Shown: positions 19,547 to 28,889, counted from the stretch's first letter. The stretch: DNA of 64,000 bases from an uncultured Phycisphaerales bacterium (GCA_963758525.1 CAVWVQ010000005.1:64001-128000); one strand, 5' to 3'. Numbers and translations: made by a program. The notes: generated by a model from the letters alone, not told the origin.

Positions 19547-19756
19547 ATGGCAGACGAGAGAAACAAGGCGGATCGCCTGGGCGGCGAGTACATGATTCAG
19601 GATCGAGACCACATGAGCGGGGTCGCTCAAATGGGAGGCGAAGCCAGGCATGGCGGAGGCCGGCAACCCGAACAGTCGCAGAGCGACAGCCGTCAGCCGC
19701 AGGGCGGCGGGCAGCAAGGGGGTGAGCGAAGTCACAAGCGAGGCAAGCTCCTCTGA
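19547..19756 (+). CDS. Small hydrophilic KGG-like stress protein
   Basis: AAAGGAG RBS; QDRDHMSGVAQMGGE and QQGGERSH resemble KGG repeats. Confidence 0.55.
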   Translation: MADERNKADRLGGEYMIQDRDHMSGVAQMGGEARHGGGRQPEQSQSDSRQPQGGGQQGGERSHKRGKLL

Positions 19757-19963
19757 ATTAGTGATCGCAACCGGCAGCGGATGGGCCACGGCGGCGAGGG
19801 TTGCCGTGGCCGTTTTTCTTGAGCAGTCAGACCTGCAACACTGGCCCAAGTGAAGAAGTGCGAGGGCACGCGATAGGCGAGCGATTTGTTTAATTGACCG
19901 GCGCGGAGGGAAGGGATAACTCATCTCTGGGTATCGAAAGTTCTCGTGCTTCGACGTCGCTGA

Positions 19964-19993
19964 CATGGGCGGCGCGCGGGACGCCCATGCCAC
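19964..19993 (-). repeat. GTGG-type REP, CATGGGCG family
   Basis: - strand GTGG-CATGGGCG-TCCCGCGCGC-CGCCCATG. Confidence 0.55.
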
Positions 19994-20129
19994 GGGGATC
20001 GTTCTGACGTTATCACGTGCATCCCTCGTCATTCTTGAAACTATTGTGTTGCAGCAGCATGGTTTTATTCAGGGGCGGTTGCGCGGGACGTGATTCCAGT
20101 TCGAGGCATTTCGCAGGAGAGGAACAGCC

Positions 20130-21080
20130 ATGGTGATGCATCGCGGATTTACGATGACGCAGGTTGTCGTTGCGGTCGCAATAATCACGATTCTCGTCGG
20201 ATTGCTGTTGCCGACGATGTGCCGGCAGCGTGAGATTTCCAACAGGGTCAAATGCTCGAGCAATCTCAAGCAAATCGGCCTGGCGATGCAGATGTATTCG
20301 AACGCGGAGAAGAACGGCGGGTTTCCGCGGACGTACTTCGACAAGGGCGAGCCGGAAGTCGTCGATCTGAGCGACGCCGGCTTTGTCGATCAAGGCAAAT
20401 CGCCTGTGGATAGCTTCAGTAGCAGCAACATCCCGGCGAAGGCGAACTTACCGGCAAACTCGATCGGCGGCAGCTTCTTTCTATTACTGAAGACGCAGGA
20501 CCTCACGCCCGCCATTTTCGTCTGCCCAAGCAGCAACGGAAGTCCTGGCTTTCGGACATTCTCAGTTCAGAACAGCAACAACTTCGGCGGGTGGGGCCCC
20601 GCGTCCGCGGGCGCTGCGCGGACCCAAGCCATACCCGATGTCACGTATAGTTACGGCAATCCGTTTCCGTCGCGAGAATATTTTGAAAGGATTTCTGGCT
20701 TCAAATTAAATAACACGTTGTCGTCCGACTTCGCCCTTGCCGCCGATGTGAACCCAGGCATGCAGACTCTTCATGGCGTCAAGGGAAGCCCGGCAAGCGT
20801 CAATCCGGGGGATCCGGCCAATGCCGGGTCCGACGGACGAGGGCAGGCCTTTGGAAACTCCATCAATCACAGGAACCAGGGCCAGAACGTTTTATACGGC
20901 GACGGCCACGTCGAGTTTCAGACAACATGTTGGTGCGGGAGCTATCGCGGACCCGGCGATTCGGCAGTTCGGGATAACATCTACACAAACGGTGCGCAAA
21001 CAACCGCCGGCGGAAGCTTCGGCACAGATGCGCCGCCGAAGGATCTGTTGGACAGCGTCTGTCTGCCGACTTCCAACTGA
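20130..21080 (+). CDS. Prepilin-type N-terminal / H-X9-DG (DUF1559-like) protein, paralog 1
   Basis: RG/FTMTQVVV TM, CSSNLKQIGLAMQMY, FVCPS, HRNQGQNVLYGDGHV. Confidence 0.9.
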   Translation: MVMHRGFTMTQVVVAVAIITILVGLLLPTMCRQREISNRVKCSSNLKQIGLAMQMYSNAEKNGGFPRTYFDKGEPEVVDLSDAGFVDQGKSPVDSFSSSNIPAKANLPANSIGGSFFLLLKTQDLTPAIFVCPSSNGSPGFRTFSVQNSNNFGGWGPASAGAARTQAIPDVTYSYGNPFPSREYFERISGFKLNNTLSSDFALAADVNPGMQTLHGVKGSPASVNPGDPANAGSDGRGQAFGNSINHRNQGQNVLYGDGHVEFQTTCWCGSYRGPGDSAVRDNIYTNGAQTTAGGSFGTDAPPKDLLDSVCLPTSN

Positions 21081-21099
21081 GAAGAATGGCGCCCACCGA

Positions 21100-22080
21100 A
21101 TGCTTTGGAAGGAGAGCCGATACGTGACAAATCGACGAGACAACCTAACTCGATCTCGGGCCTTTACGCTTACCCAATTGGTCGTGGTGATCGGTATCGT
21201 GCTGATCCTGGTCGCGTTCCTGCTGCCTTTCTTGAATCGCATGCGCTCACAGGCAGGCAGACAACTCTGCCCGAGCAACCTGAAGCAGATTGGCTTGGCG
21301 ATACAGATGTATATGGATGCCGAAAAAGGGGACAGTTTTCCCAGAACGTATTTCCAGGAATCCAATGCTGGTTTTACCGTTGACCTCAGTGATGCGGGCT
21401 TTGTCGACCAGGGGACAAAGCCCGTCAACAGTTTCACAACCGACAACACGCCGCCCAGCGCGAATCTCCCGGCCAACTCTGTTGGAGGGAGTTTCTTTCT
21501 GATTCTCAAGACGCAGGACCTGGCGCCTGAGGTTTTCATTTGCCCGAGCAGCAACGGAACGCGCGGATTCCAATCGTCCCCGGTCCAGAGCAGCAACAAC
21601 TTCGGTGGTTGGGGTCCCGCGTCAGCCGCCAATGCCGGCAAAGAGATTATTCCTGATGTGACCTACAGCTACTGCAATCCGTTTTTTCCAAGCAATCTCA
21701 AAGTTGGTTTCAGGTCTGGTATTGCGGTGCCTTCAGAGTTCGCGATTGCCGCTGACGTGAATCCGGGGACGCAGACGATGAATAGCTTCGTCGGGAGTCC
21801 GGCCACTGTCGGCCCAGCTGATCAACCCGAGGCCAAGGCTGATGGAAGCGGCCAGGCGTTCGGTAACTCGATCAATCACAGGAACCAAGGGCAGAATGTT
21901 CTATATCTCGACGGCCATGTCGAGTTTCAGACGACCTGCTGGTGCGGTAGCTATCGGGCGCCCGGCATACGCGACAACATCTACACAAACGGCGATCAAT
22001 CGTGGGCGGGTGGCGTGTTTGACGCCAGCGCAATGCCGCGAGATAAGTGCGATAGCGTGTGTCTGCCGACTTCGAATTAG
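21100..22080 (+). CDS. Prepilin-type N-terminal / H-X9-DG (DUF1559-like) protein, paralog 2
   Basis: RA/FTLTQLVV TM, CPSNLKQIGLAIQMY, FICPS, HRNQGQNVLYLDGHV; clear paralog of the upstream gene. Confidence 0.9.
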   Translation: MLWKESRYVTNRRDNLTRSRAFTLTQLVVVIGIVLILVAFLLPFLNRMRSQAGRQLCPSNLKQIGLAIQMYMDAEKGDSFPRTYFQESNAGFTVDLSDAGFVDQGTKPVNSFTTDNTPPSANLPANSVGGSFFLILKTQDLAPEVFICPSSNGTRGFQSSPVQSSNNFGGWGPASAANAGKEIIPDVTYSYCNPFFPSNLKVGFRSGIAVPSEFAIAADVNPGTQTMNSFVGSPATVGPADQPEAKADGSGQAFGNSINHRNQGQNVLYLDGHVEFQTTCWCGSYRAPGIRDNIYTNGDQSWAGGVFDASAMPRDKCDSVCLPTSN

Positions 22081-22082
22081 AT

Positions 22083-22355
22083 CGAGAAGGGTAATGAATT
22101 CATCTTTACCAATGCCGGCTTCTTGAATCAGTGAGCGCAGCGTCCCCTCAGCCAACTCCCGATGGTCTGGGATCTCAGTCGGCGCAGATTGGGATGGCGC
22201 ATGACGATGTGGCTCCCGGTCTGATGGTCGACCAGATAACAAAGTCTACCGAAAGCCTTGACGGTATCCCCTGCCGGAACAGGCCGGCAGACGGCTCACT
22301 GTCCGACCTCTGCGATTTCTTGAGTGATAGGAAGCGGAATCGGATCACCGTGCTC
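22083..22355 (-). pseudogene. hicA: Decayed hicB-hicA toxin-antitoxin remnant
   Basis: HicB-like C-terminus EHGDPIPLPITQEIAEVGQ* (22355-22296) overlaps the GTG at 22299 of HicA-like MSRLPACSG/DTVKAFGRL..DHQTGSHIVMRHP/IPDHRELAEGTLRSLIQEAGI, with two frameshifts. Confidence 0.75.
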
Positions 22356-22364
22356 TTACCACAG

Positions 22365-23216
22365 TTAATCCGCCTCTCCCAGGTGAAACTGTTTGATCAG
22401 GTGCTCTCGCATAGGTTCGACGTTTGGCTTTTTGAAATGAATCCTGTCGGGAAGGAATAAATCGGCATCGTAGAACGTGATGGGGGCATCGTAGATTTGA
22501 GCGAGTTCTGCGAATTGCTCCGGCGTTCCCATGCAGGGACACGGCAGGATTGTCAGCGTGATCCGCCGGTCGTGGCAGAGGGCTTTCATCTTGTCGATGA
22601 AGTATTTTGACGGCTTTGAGAGCGGATGCTTTTCCGGCTCAGAAGTCACCGGGACGATCGGCACGCCATAGTTGGATTGGCTGCGATTGAGATAGCTGTT
22701 TTCGGCCATGATGTTGGGCAGGAGCATTCGGCCGAGATGGGCCTCGGTGAGCTGGGGGTCGTGCTGCAGGTTCCAGATTTCCCAGACGAGAGCGGGGGAG
22801 TGGAAGTAGCCGCAGAAATAGTCGTGGGTGAAAATCTGATCGAGGTTGTTGGCCCAGGAGCGTGGTGTGTAGAAAAGATAGACTTGCCGGAGGTTTGGAG
22901 CGTGCGCGATCACCTTTTGCAGCAGACAATATTGCCCGGCGAGGGTGATTGCCTGATTCGAGGGGAGGTACAGCAGGCTCGGCGACGGCTCGGTGTGCAT
23001 CTTGAAGAGTTGCCGGGCGACGCTGTCGCCGAGGTAGAGCGTTGTCACACGAGGGTGGGGAAGTTCTGCGGCTTCCAGGACCTGGTAAACATCCTCCCCG
23101 ACGCGGAATTGGCCGTGGGTTTTGCGATTTGCGCGGGCGAGCGATAGCTCGAGCGCAATCGTGATGCACAACAGCAGCGCGATGAAGAGGATGGCTCGAA
23201 ACAAAAATCGTTTCAC
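22365..23216 (-). CDS. Membrane-anchored SGNH-like protein (partner of MBOAT)
   Basis: N-terminal TM, YLGDSVARQ (GDS) and C-terminal DRIH (DxxH). Confidence 0.7.
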   Translation of the reverse strand: MKRFLFRAILFIALLLCITIALELSLARANRKTHGQFRVGEDVYQVLEAAELPHPRVTTLYLGDSVARQLFKMHTEPSPSLLYLPSNQAITLAGQYCLLQKVIAHAPNLRQVYLFYTPRSWANNLDQIFTHDYFCGYFHSPALVWEIWNLQHDPQLTEAHLGRMLLPNIMAENSYLNRSQSNYGVPIVPVTSEPEKHPLSKPSKYFIDKMKALCHDRRITLTILPCPCMGTPEQFAELAQIYDAPITFYDADLFLPDRIHFKKPNVEPMREHLIKQFHLGEAD

Positions 23217-23225
23217 GAAGTGAAT

Positions 23226-24701
23226 TCAAAATTGAAAGTAAATGAAGCTTTGCGAGCCGAAAATTCCGAGCAGCAGGATTCCAAAGATGACGGCGTAGCT
23301 GGCGCACCAGCGAAGCCAGGCGGGGCGACCATCGAAGTTGCGCGTGATGCTGCCCGGCTTGCGGAGCACATGGACGAGTCCGGCCGCGATCAAGATCCAG
23401 AGCGTGAGCTGGAGGAACTTATTGCCGATCGGGCCGACATAGAGATTCGCCAGTGTTTGCAGCAGCGCCGGGATGTGAGCGAGCGAGTGTGCGACGTCGG
23501 TGAAGATCCGGGTCACAATGAACTGTGCCTGCGAAGAGCTCTCCGCTCGGAAGAAGACCCAGGCAAAGGTCGTGAGTTGGATCGTGATCAGCATGGCCGC
23601 GATCTGGCGGAGCGCGGGATGGCGATCGGCGCCGAGCATTCTTGCGACGGACTGCCGCGCGGGCCGGGTGATGCTTCCGAAGATGAGGTAGAAGCCGTGG
23701 AGCGCGCCCCAGATCACGAAGGTCCAGTTGGCGCCGTGCCACAGGCCGCTGAGCAGAAAGACGATCATGAGATTGAAGCACCAGCGTGGGCGGGAGACGC
23801 GGTTGCCGCCCAGGGGTATGTAGAGGTAGTCACGGAACCAGGTGGAGAGGGAGATGTGCCAGCGGCGCCAGAATTCAGACATGGAAGTGCTGAGATAAGG
23901 GCGGTCGAAATTTTCCATGAGCGTGATTCCCATCACGCGAGCCGCGCCCAGGGCAATGTCTGAATAAGCGGAGAAGTCCGCGTAGATCTGCACGGCAAAG
24001 CAATACGTTGCCAGCAGCAGCACGAGCCCATTGAAATCGCCGGGCCTGGAGTAGACGGTGTTGACAATGATCGCGAGGCGATCGGCGATCACGATCTTCT
24101 TGAACATTCCCCAGAGCATCCGTCCCAGGCCGTCCGCGACGCGATTGCCGTCAAAATCGTGCGGCTCGTGAAACTGGTGCAGCAGATTCTGCGGCCGTTC
24201 GATCGGCCCGGCGACGAGCTGGGGATAGAACATCACGTAGAGCGCGTAAATGCCGAGGTGTCGCTCGGCCCGCTGATTGCCGCGATAGACTTCGATCGTG
24301 TAGCTCATCGCCTGGAATGTATGAAACGACAGGCCGATGGGCAGGATGATCTGGATGACTTTCTGCGGATAATGGAGATCGAGCAGGTGGGCGATGGCCG
24401 CGAAGTTGGCGTCGGCGAAGCTGCCGTATTTGAAGACGGCAAGCACGCCGATGTTGGCTATCAGACTGCAAACCAGCCAGACCCGGCGGCGGGTTCCGCC
24501 GGACCGCTCGATCAAGATTCCTGCGACGTAATCAACTGCGATGGTAAACAGCAGAATCAGAATATAAGCGGGAATAAACGCCATATAGAAGACGCAGCTC
24601 GCCACCAGAAGCAGCAGCCAGCGCCAACGATATGGAAGCGCGAAATAGAGAGTCGTGACGGTGGGGAAGAAGAGGAGAAAGTCCCAGGAATTGAAAGTCA
24701 T
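23226..24701 (-). CDS. MBOAT O-acyltransferase (AlgI/PatA/DltB family)
   Basis: ILPIGLSFHTFQ, FYPQLVAGPIER, YADFSAYSDIA, EFWRRWHISLS, SGLWHGA. Confidence 0.95.
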   Translation of the reverse strand: MTFNSWDFLLFFPTVTTLYFALPYRWRWLLLLVASCVFYMAFIPAYILILLFTIAVDYVAGILIERSGGTRRRVWLVCSLIANIGVLAVFKYGSFADANFAAIAHLLDLHYPQKVIQIILPIGLSFHTFQAMSYTIEVYRGNQRAERHLGIYALYVMFYPQLVAGPIERPQNLLHQFHEPHDFDGNRVADGLGRMLWGMFKKIVIADRLAIIVNTVYSRPGDFNGLVLLLATYCFAVQIYADFSAYSDIALGAARVMGITLMENFDRPYLSTSMSEFWRRWHISLSTWFRDYLYIPLGGNRVSRPRWCFNLMIVFLLSGLWHGANWTFVIWGALHGFYLIFGSITRPARQSVARMLGADRHPALRQIAAMLITIQLTTFAWVFFRAESSSQAQFIVTRIFTDVAHSLAHIPALLQTLANLYVGPIGNKFLQLTLWILIAAGLVHVLRKPGSITRNFDGRPAWLRWCASYAVIFGILLLGIFGSQSFIYFQF

Positions 24702-24710
24702 GGGGGGAAG

Positions 24711-24929
24711 GGTGATTGGTGATTAGAACGTGACAAGACGGGGGGATGAAAAGTGAAAACGTGAAAACGTGATCGGACGCGATCGCGCGCTCCTTCGTTC
24801 TCTCTTCACGTTTCATCTTCACGCGCCATGTCGTCACGCCTTGAGTTCGGCGTCTTCGTCACGTTCCAATCACCAATCACCAGAATCACGCGTCTTCGTC
24901 ACGTTCCAATCACCAATCACCAGAATCAC
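24711..24929. repeat. Inverted GGTGATT-heptamer element, copy 1, including an exact 40-bp tandem duplication
   Basis: GGTGATTGGTGATTAGAACGTGAC (24711-24734) against GTCACGTTCCAATCACCAATCACC x2; 24850-24889 equals 24890-24929. Confidence 0.85.
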
Positions 24930-25792
24930 TTCTGCGTCGTCGGCTCGTCGAGCAGCACCTTGGCGGCGGGCTTGAGGTGGGCGTCGTCGAGCTTGTCGAC
25001 GGACCAGAGCAGGCCGCGGGTCACCAGGTCGAGATAGCGGCCATCGGCGCAGGTTTCGTCGTTATGGCCGAGCGTGGTGCCGAAGACGCGGGTTTTGCCG
25101 TTGTACAGGTTGGTCCAGACGGTCACGGTCTGATCGACTATTTCCTTGCCTTGCTTGTCCTTCGAGGTCTGTTTTCCCTTGGCCAGAGGCGTGGCGGTGG
25201 ACTCCACATTTCCGTGAATGTTGTTGTAGAGCTCTTCGTGAATCGTGGTCCAGTCCGAAAGCGGCGCGATGATCGGATTCTGCTTGTCCAGGTAGGTGAC
25301 TTCAATGGGGATCTGCGCCCCATGATGTGTCGTCGCGAGCCCGGTAAATTCGAACCACGGCGTCGTTTTATCTGGCCAGCCTTCGCTGCGATAACAATGC
25401 ATCGCACAGTGCAGCACGACGCCGGGGATGCCGTCTTTGTGCGGCTTGAGGATTCGGTCGATGATCTTCAAGTCCTTGACGTCCGCCGAGCATTCGTCGT
25501 GAACGATCACGTCAAAACCTTTGTACCAGTCTTCGTTCTGATAGACGTCGTTGAGGTGTGTGGTCTTGCTGACTTTGTCAAAGGCGATCGTCCATTCAAC
25601 GTTTGCCCGCGCCGAGATGCCTTTACTGATGATATCCTTCTGCTTTGCATAATCGTGGCAGCAGCCCCCGCAGACCAGCAGCGCGCGAACCGGCGCATCG
25701 TCGGCACGGGCCGCGCTTCGGGTGAGCGAGGTTAGATTGAGACCAAGCGAAGCAACGCAGGCGATGACGGCAAATCGAATCGAACGATGCAT
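24926..25792 (-). CDS. Secreted ThuA-like (class I glutamine amidotransferase-like) protein
   Basis: Signal peptide; ALLVCGGCCHDY, VVLHCAMH, EELY, RVFGTTLGH. Confidence 0.82.
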   Translation of the reverse strand: MHRSIRFAVIACVASLGLNLTSLTRSAARADDAPVRALLVCGGCCHDYAKQKDIISKGISARANVEWTIAFDKVSKTTHLNDVYQNEDWYKGFDVIVHDECSADVKDLKIIDRILKPHKDGIPGVVLHCAMHCYRSEGWPDKTTPWFEFTGLATTHHGAQIPIEVTYLDKQNPIIAPLSDWTTIHEELYNNIHGNVESTATPLAKGKQTSKDKQGKEIVDQTVTVWTNLYNGKTRVFGTTLGHNDETCADGRYLDLVTRGLLWSVDKLDDAHLKPAAKVLLDEPTTQK

Positions 25793-25990
25793 GGAATCCT
25801 CCGCAAGAACCCTGAGGGAAAGTGTCTCTCGTATGGGTTATACCACCTTTCGCGGCTTTGCGCTAAATCGAAGAATTGCAATAGACGTTTTGCAGTTCGT
25901 CGAGGCGAAGTGCTGCGACAAAACCAAATCCGCTGCTCGCACCTTCGCATTCACTGATCTTCGGAACGCGCTGTTCATGCCTGCTGGCAA

Positions 25991-27535
25991 TCATTGACGA
26001 CCCACGGGGGCGAGTCCCGCATCTTCCGCGGCAACGAGCGAGCGATAACGCTCCTGAATCTGTCGGTTGCTGACCTTCGGCAGGTTTGCCGCGAGTGCCA
26101 CCGATTCGGCGGTGTTGAGCAATCGCATGCACTTCACCCAGTCGCGCTCCGCATCGTCGGCCTCATCGTCGAGTTTGTCCGACTCGTCCAGGTGCTTGCG
26201 GAGGCGCTCGTAGCTGAGCGATGACTCGAGCATCGCGACGATCTTGTCAGCCTGGGTAGTGATGGTTTGGTGGGCGAAGGGGCTTGCCGGATTGGAAAGC
26301 TGCGGCCAGCGGTTCAGCAGCACATTCCTGGTTGCCGTCCGTGAAATGGCCGTGGCCCGCTCCAGCTTTTCCCGGCGGCGGACCAAGTCGTTCTGGCGGG
26401 TCGCCAGATCATCGGCCAGCTTGCGGGCGTTCGCCAGACGATTCGGGCCCGCGAGTTTCATGATGGCTGACAGCCCTTCAAGCACGGCGCGATCGCTCGG
26501 CCCGGCGAGCGCAAAAAGCTGGTCGTACGCGGCATCCGCCGGGATCAAGCCGTCGGTTCCATCCGCGGAGAGCCGGCTGTATTGGCGCAAAAAAGTATCG
26601 GAGGTTTTCACGGGGATGTCGACCGTCTCGCTGTGGATCAAGGTGTATGCGTGAGCTTCGGACATTCCAATTTGACCGTTGCCGGAAAAATCCGCCCGGT
26701 CGACCGGCTTCCCGGTTCGCGTATGCCCGCACAGCGCCGCCCAGAAATAGGTGCTGTAATCACGATAGTCTTCGAGCGCAATGTCGGGCGTGCAACCGGC
26801 GGCGGTGCGATCGAAGGTCGTCGCGAAGAAGCCGCAACGATTCTGCGACGCAAGGCCGCGCGTCGGGTCCGCCTTATCGAAAATCACATCGGCAAAACCG
26901 CCGCTGTAGCACTGCACCATGATCAGCACGACCGATACTTTCGGCGACAGCCGATCGAGCAAATTCACGAAAGACCGGACGGTCATGCTGGGTTCATTCC
27001 ACATTGCGAAGGTCGTATTGCGCGGCGGCTTTCCCGAGCCGCCATGGCCCGTGTAATAAATGATGAGCCGGTCTCCGTCGGGGATCGTCCGACCGATCGT
27101 GTCAAACCAGCGCGTGAGTGCCGCGTGTTGAGATGGGCCCCAGACGCGCGGAATCTGGTGCGGTCGATATTGGTCGGGCGTCGGCTCTTCTGTCGGAAAG
27201 ATGTCGGCCAGGAATTGGTCGACTTTGGGAACGTCCTGCTCGTCCGGGGTAAATTGCACGTCGCGCTGATTGGCGTTCCCATCGGCGAAGAGCACTTCCT
27301 GCGGCGCGTCATTCCGATGAAGCGTCGTCAACGCATCGCGGAAAAAAAGCACGTTCTGCTCCAGCGAAACCTGGTTATTGTCGGGGGAACTCCCGCCGCC
27401 GATGGTCAGAAAATGGTCGGCGGCACGAGCGATCTCGAAGCTGAACGTGAAAACGCAAGCGAGTGCCGCGATCGCCAACGCTACGCGATGCGACCGGAGT
27501 GCCCGATACTGCGGGGGTGGTTTTGTGGAGGTCAT
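25991..27535 (-). CDS. Secreted clan CD (caspase/C13-like) peptidase-domain protein with helical C-terminus
   Basis: Signal peptide; LIIYYTGHGG and LIMVQCYSGGF His-Cys dyad motifs. Confidence 0.65.
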   Translation of the reverse strand: MTSTKPPPQYRALRSHRVALAIAALACVFTFSFEIARAADHFLTIGGGSSPDNNQVSLEQNVLFFRDALTTLHRNDAPQEVLFADGNANQRDVQFTPDEQDVPKVDQFLADIFPTEEPTPDQYRPHQIPRVWGPSQHAALTRWFDTIGRTIPDGDRLIIYYTGHGGSGKPPRNTTFAMWNEPSMTVRSFVNLLDRLSPKVSVVLIMVQCYSGGFADVIFDKADPTRGLASQNRCGFFATTFDRTAAGCTPDIALEDYRDYSTYFWAALCGHTRTGKPVDRADFSGNGQIGMSEAHAYTLIHSETVDIPVKTSDTFLRQYSRLSADGTDGLIPADAAYDQLFALAGPSDRAVLEGLSAIMKLAGPNRLANARKLADDLATRQNDLVRRREKLERATAISRTATRNVLLNRWPQLSNPASPFAHQTITTQADKIVAMLESSLSYERLRKHLDESDKLDDEADDAERDWVKCMRLLNTAESVALAANLPKVSNRQIQERYRSLVAAEDAGLAPVGRQ

Positions 27536-27575
27536 AGGTGTTCGCAATATCTGCTGGCGGTATCATCGCCGGGAG

Positions 27576-28064
27576 ATGGAAAATCTGCGAGCCGCAACTT
27601 TCGATGCCGCCGGCCGGGAAGACGTCCGCGAAGCGGTCGACCGCGTCTACGCGGACTTGCAGACGCAGATCGACTTGCGCAGACCGGTCTGCATTGTTTC
27701 GGGGCGATGCTGTCGATTCGAAGAGTTCGGACACCGGCTGTACATCACGACGCTGGAAATGGCCCGCTTTGTCATGGATCTTAAGACGCCCGCGCCCGCC
27801 GATTGGGCCGGCACGGGCTGCCCATTTCAGATCGCCAAATTGTGCAGCGTCCATGCGATCCGCCCGTTCGGCTGCCGGATCTTCTTCTGCGACGCGTCGA
27901 GCACAGATTGGCAGCATGAGCTCTACGAACGTCTGCACGCCCGGCTACGCGCATTGCACGACGAGATGGGGGTGGCGTATCACTATGTTGAATGGCGGTA
28001 TGCGCTGAGTCAGTGCGGGATTGCGACGGCAGCTGATCCAATGATGCCTCCGGTTCGATTCTAA
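27576..28064 (+). CDS. YkgJ-family cysteine-cluster protein
   Basis: CIVSGRCC, CPF, CSVHAIRPFGCRIFFC. Confidence 0.85.
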   Translation: MENLRAATFDAAGREDVREAVDRVYADLQTQIDLRRPVCIVSGRCCRFEEFGHRLYITTLEMARFVMDLKTPAPADWAGTGCPFQIAKLCSVHAIRPFGCRIFFCDASSTDWQHELYERLHARLRALHDEMGVAYHYVEWRYALSQCGIATAADPMMPPVRF

Positions 28065-28068
28065 ATGA

Positions 28069-28152
28069 ACGTGCGCGATTACGCGCACGTGCGAGCAGTA
28101 CGCTGCCCTTAGGGCAGCCGCTAAACGGTTTTTGGAAGCGCGTAATCGCGCA
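28069..28152. repeat. Nested palindromic repeats (REPIN with a different REP inside)
   Basis: TGCGCGATTACGCGC (28072-28086) / GCGCGTAATCGCGCA (28138-28152) enclose - strand CCGTTTAGCG-GCTGCCC-TAA-GGGCAGC. Confidence 0.7.
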
Positions 28153-28228
28153 AGGTCATATAGAGAAAGTCGTGACGATTCGCGGTATACTCGGGTGCTG
28201 CCGTTAAATTCTTCCTTACGGACAGTCT

Positions 28229-28465
28229 ATGACGACGCAACAACTCGACAACATCCATAAAGCAAAACCATTTCGTCCGTTCACCATCCACATGGGTGAT
28301 GGGCGATCGTTTCACGTACCGCATCCCGAGATTCTGTCCAGATCTCCGACGGGCCGCACGATTATCGTTTATGGCAGCGACGAGAACTTCAGCGTGCTGG
28401 ACCTTTTGCTGCTGACCGAGCTCGAGGTGAATCCGCCGGCGAAGACTGGCGACGCGGCGGCATAG
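28229..28465 (+). CDS. Small conserved hypothetical protein (PFRPFTIHxxDG...VPHPE type)
   Basis: 78 aa; resembles a multicopy planctomycete small-protein family (from memory, not searched). Confidence 0.75.
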   Translation: MTTQQLDNIHKAKPFRPFTIHMGDGRSFHVPHPEILSRSPTGRTIIVYGSDENFSVLDLLLLTELEVNPPAKTGDAAA

Positions 28466-28665
28466 ACCCGGGTTCACAACCCACGCCGATTCTGAGGTAC
28501 TCCGAAGGCTCGGATTTCCCGACTTTCGATGCGAGCGTTCGGTGTACCCCAGACCCTGCGTGGCAAGCTGATTTTGGGATTCTAGAGTTGCGGCATCAGC
28601 AGGGCCTTTCTATTCGGACTGGCGGGGTGTAACTTTTATTTGTGGCGATTGCAGATTTTGCGATC

Positions 28666-28733
28666 GTAGGGCGGGATTCATCCCGCCGTTTTCTCAGCCG
28701 GCCAACAAATCGGCGGGATGAATCCCGCCCTAC
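28666..28733. repeat. REPIN, GTAG-GGCGGGATTCATCCCGCC family
   Basis: Perfect 23-bp inverted pair 28666-28688 / 28711-28733; single variant copy at 63006-63027. Confidence 0.9.
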
Positions 28734-28792
28734 TCGGAGCCGATCGCCACTTTCGAGCGCCACACCCGACTGGCGCTTTGTGAAGATTCATT

Positions 28793-28822
28793 TTGACAGG
28801 CGAGATACGGGCGTGATATCAT
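28793..28822 (+). promoter_or_regulatory. sigma70 promoter of small lipoprotein gene
   Basis: TTGACA-18 nt-TATCAT with extended TGn. Confidence 0.6.
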
Positions 28823-28889
28823 GCTGCTTAAAGGCCTTGCCGCGGATACGCAGCCATCCAGGATTTCTCAACAGGATTGCGAGCCCACC

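Noticed and set aside
24850..24929. Mini-CRISPR
   Set aside because: Direct 40-bp duplication with no spacer; part of the heptamer element
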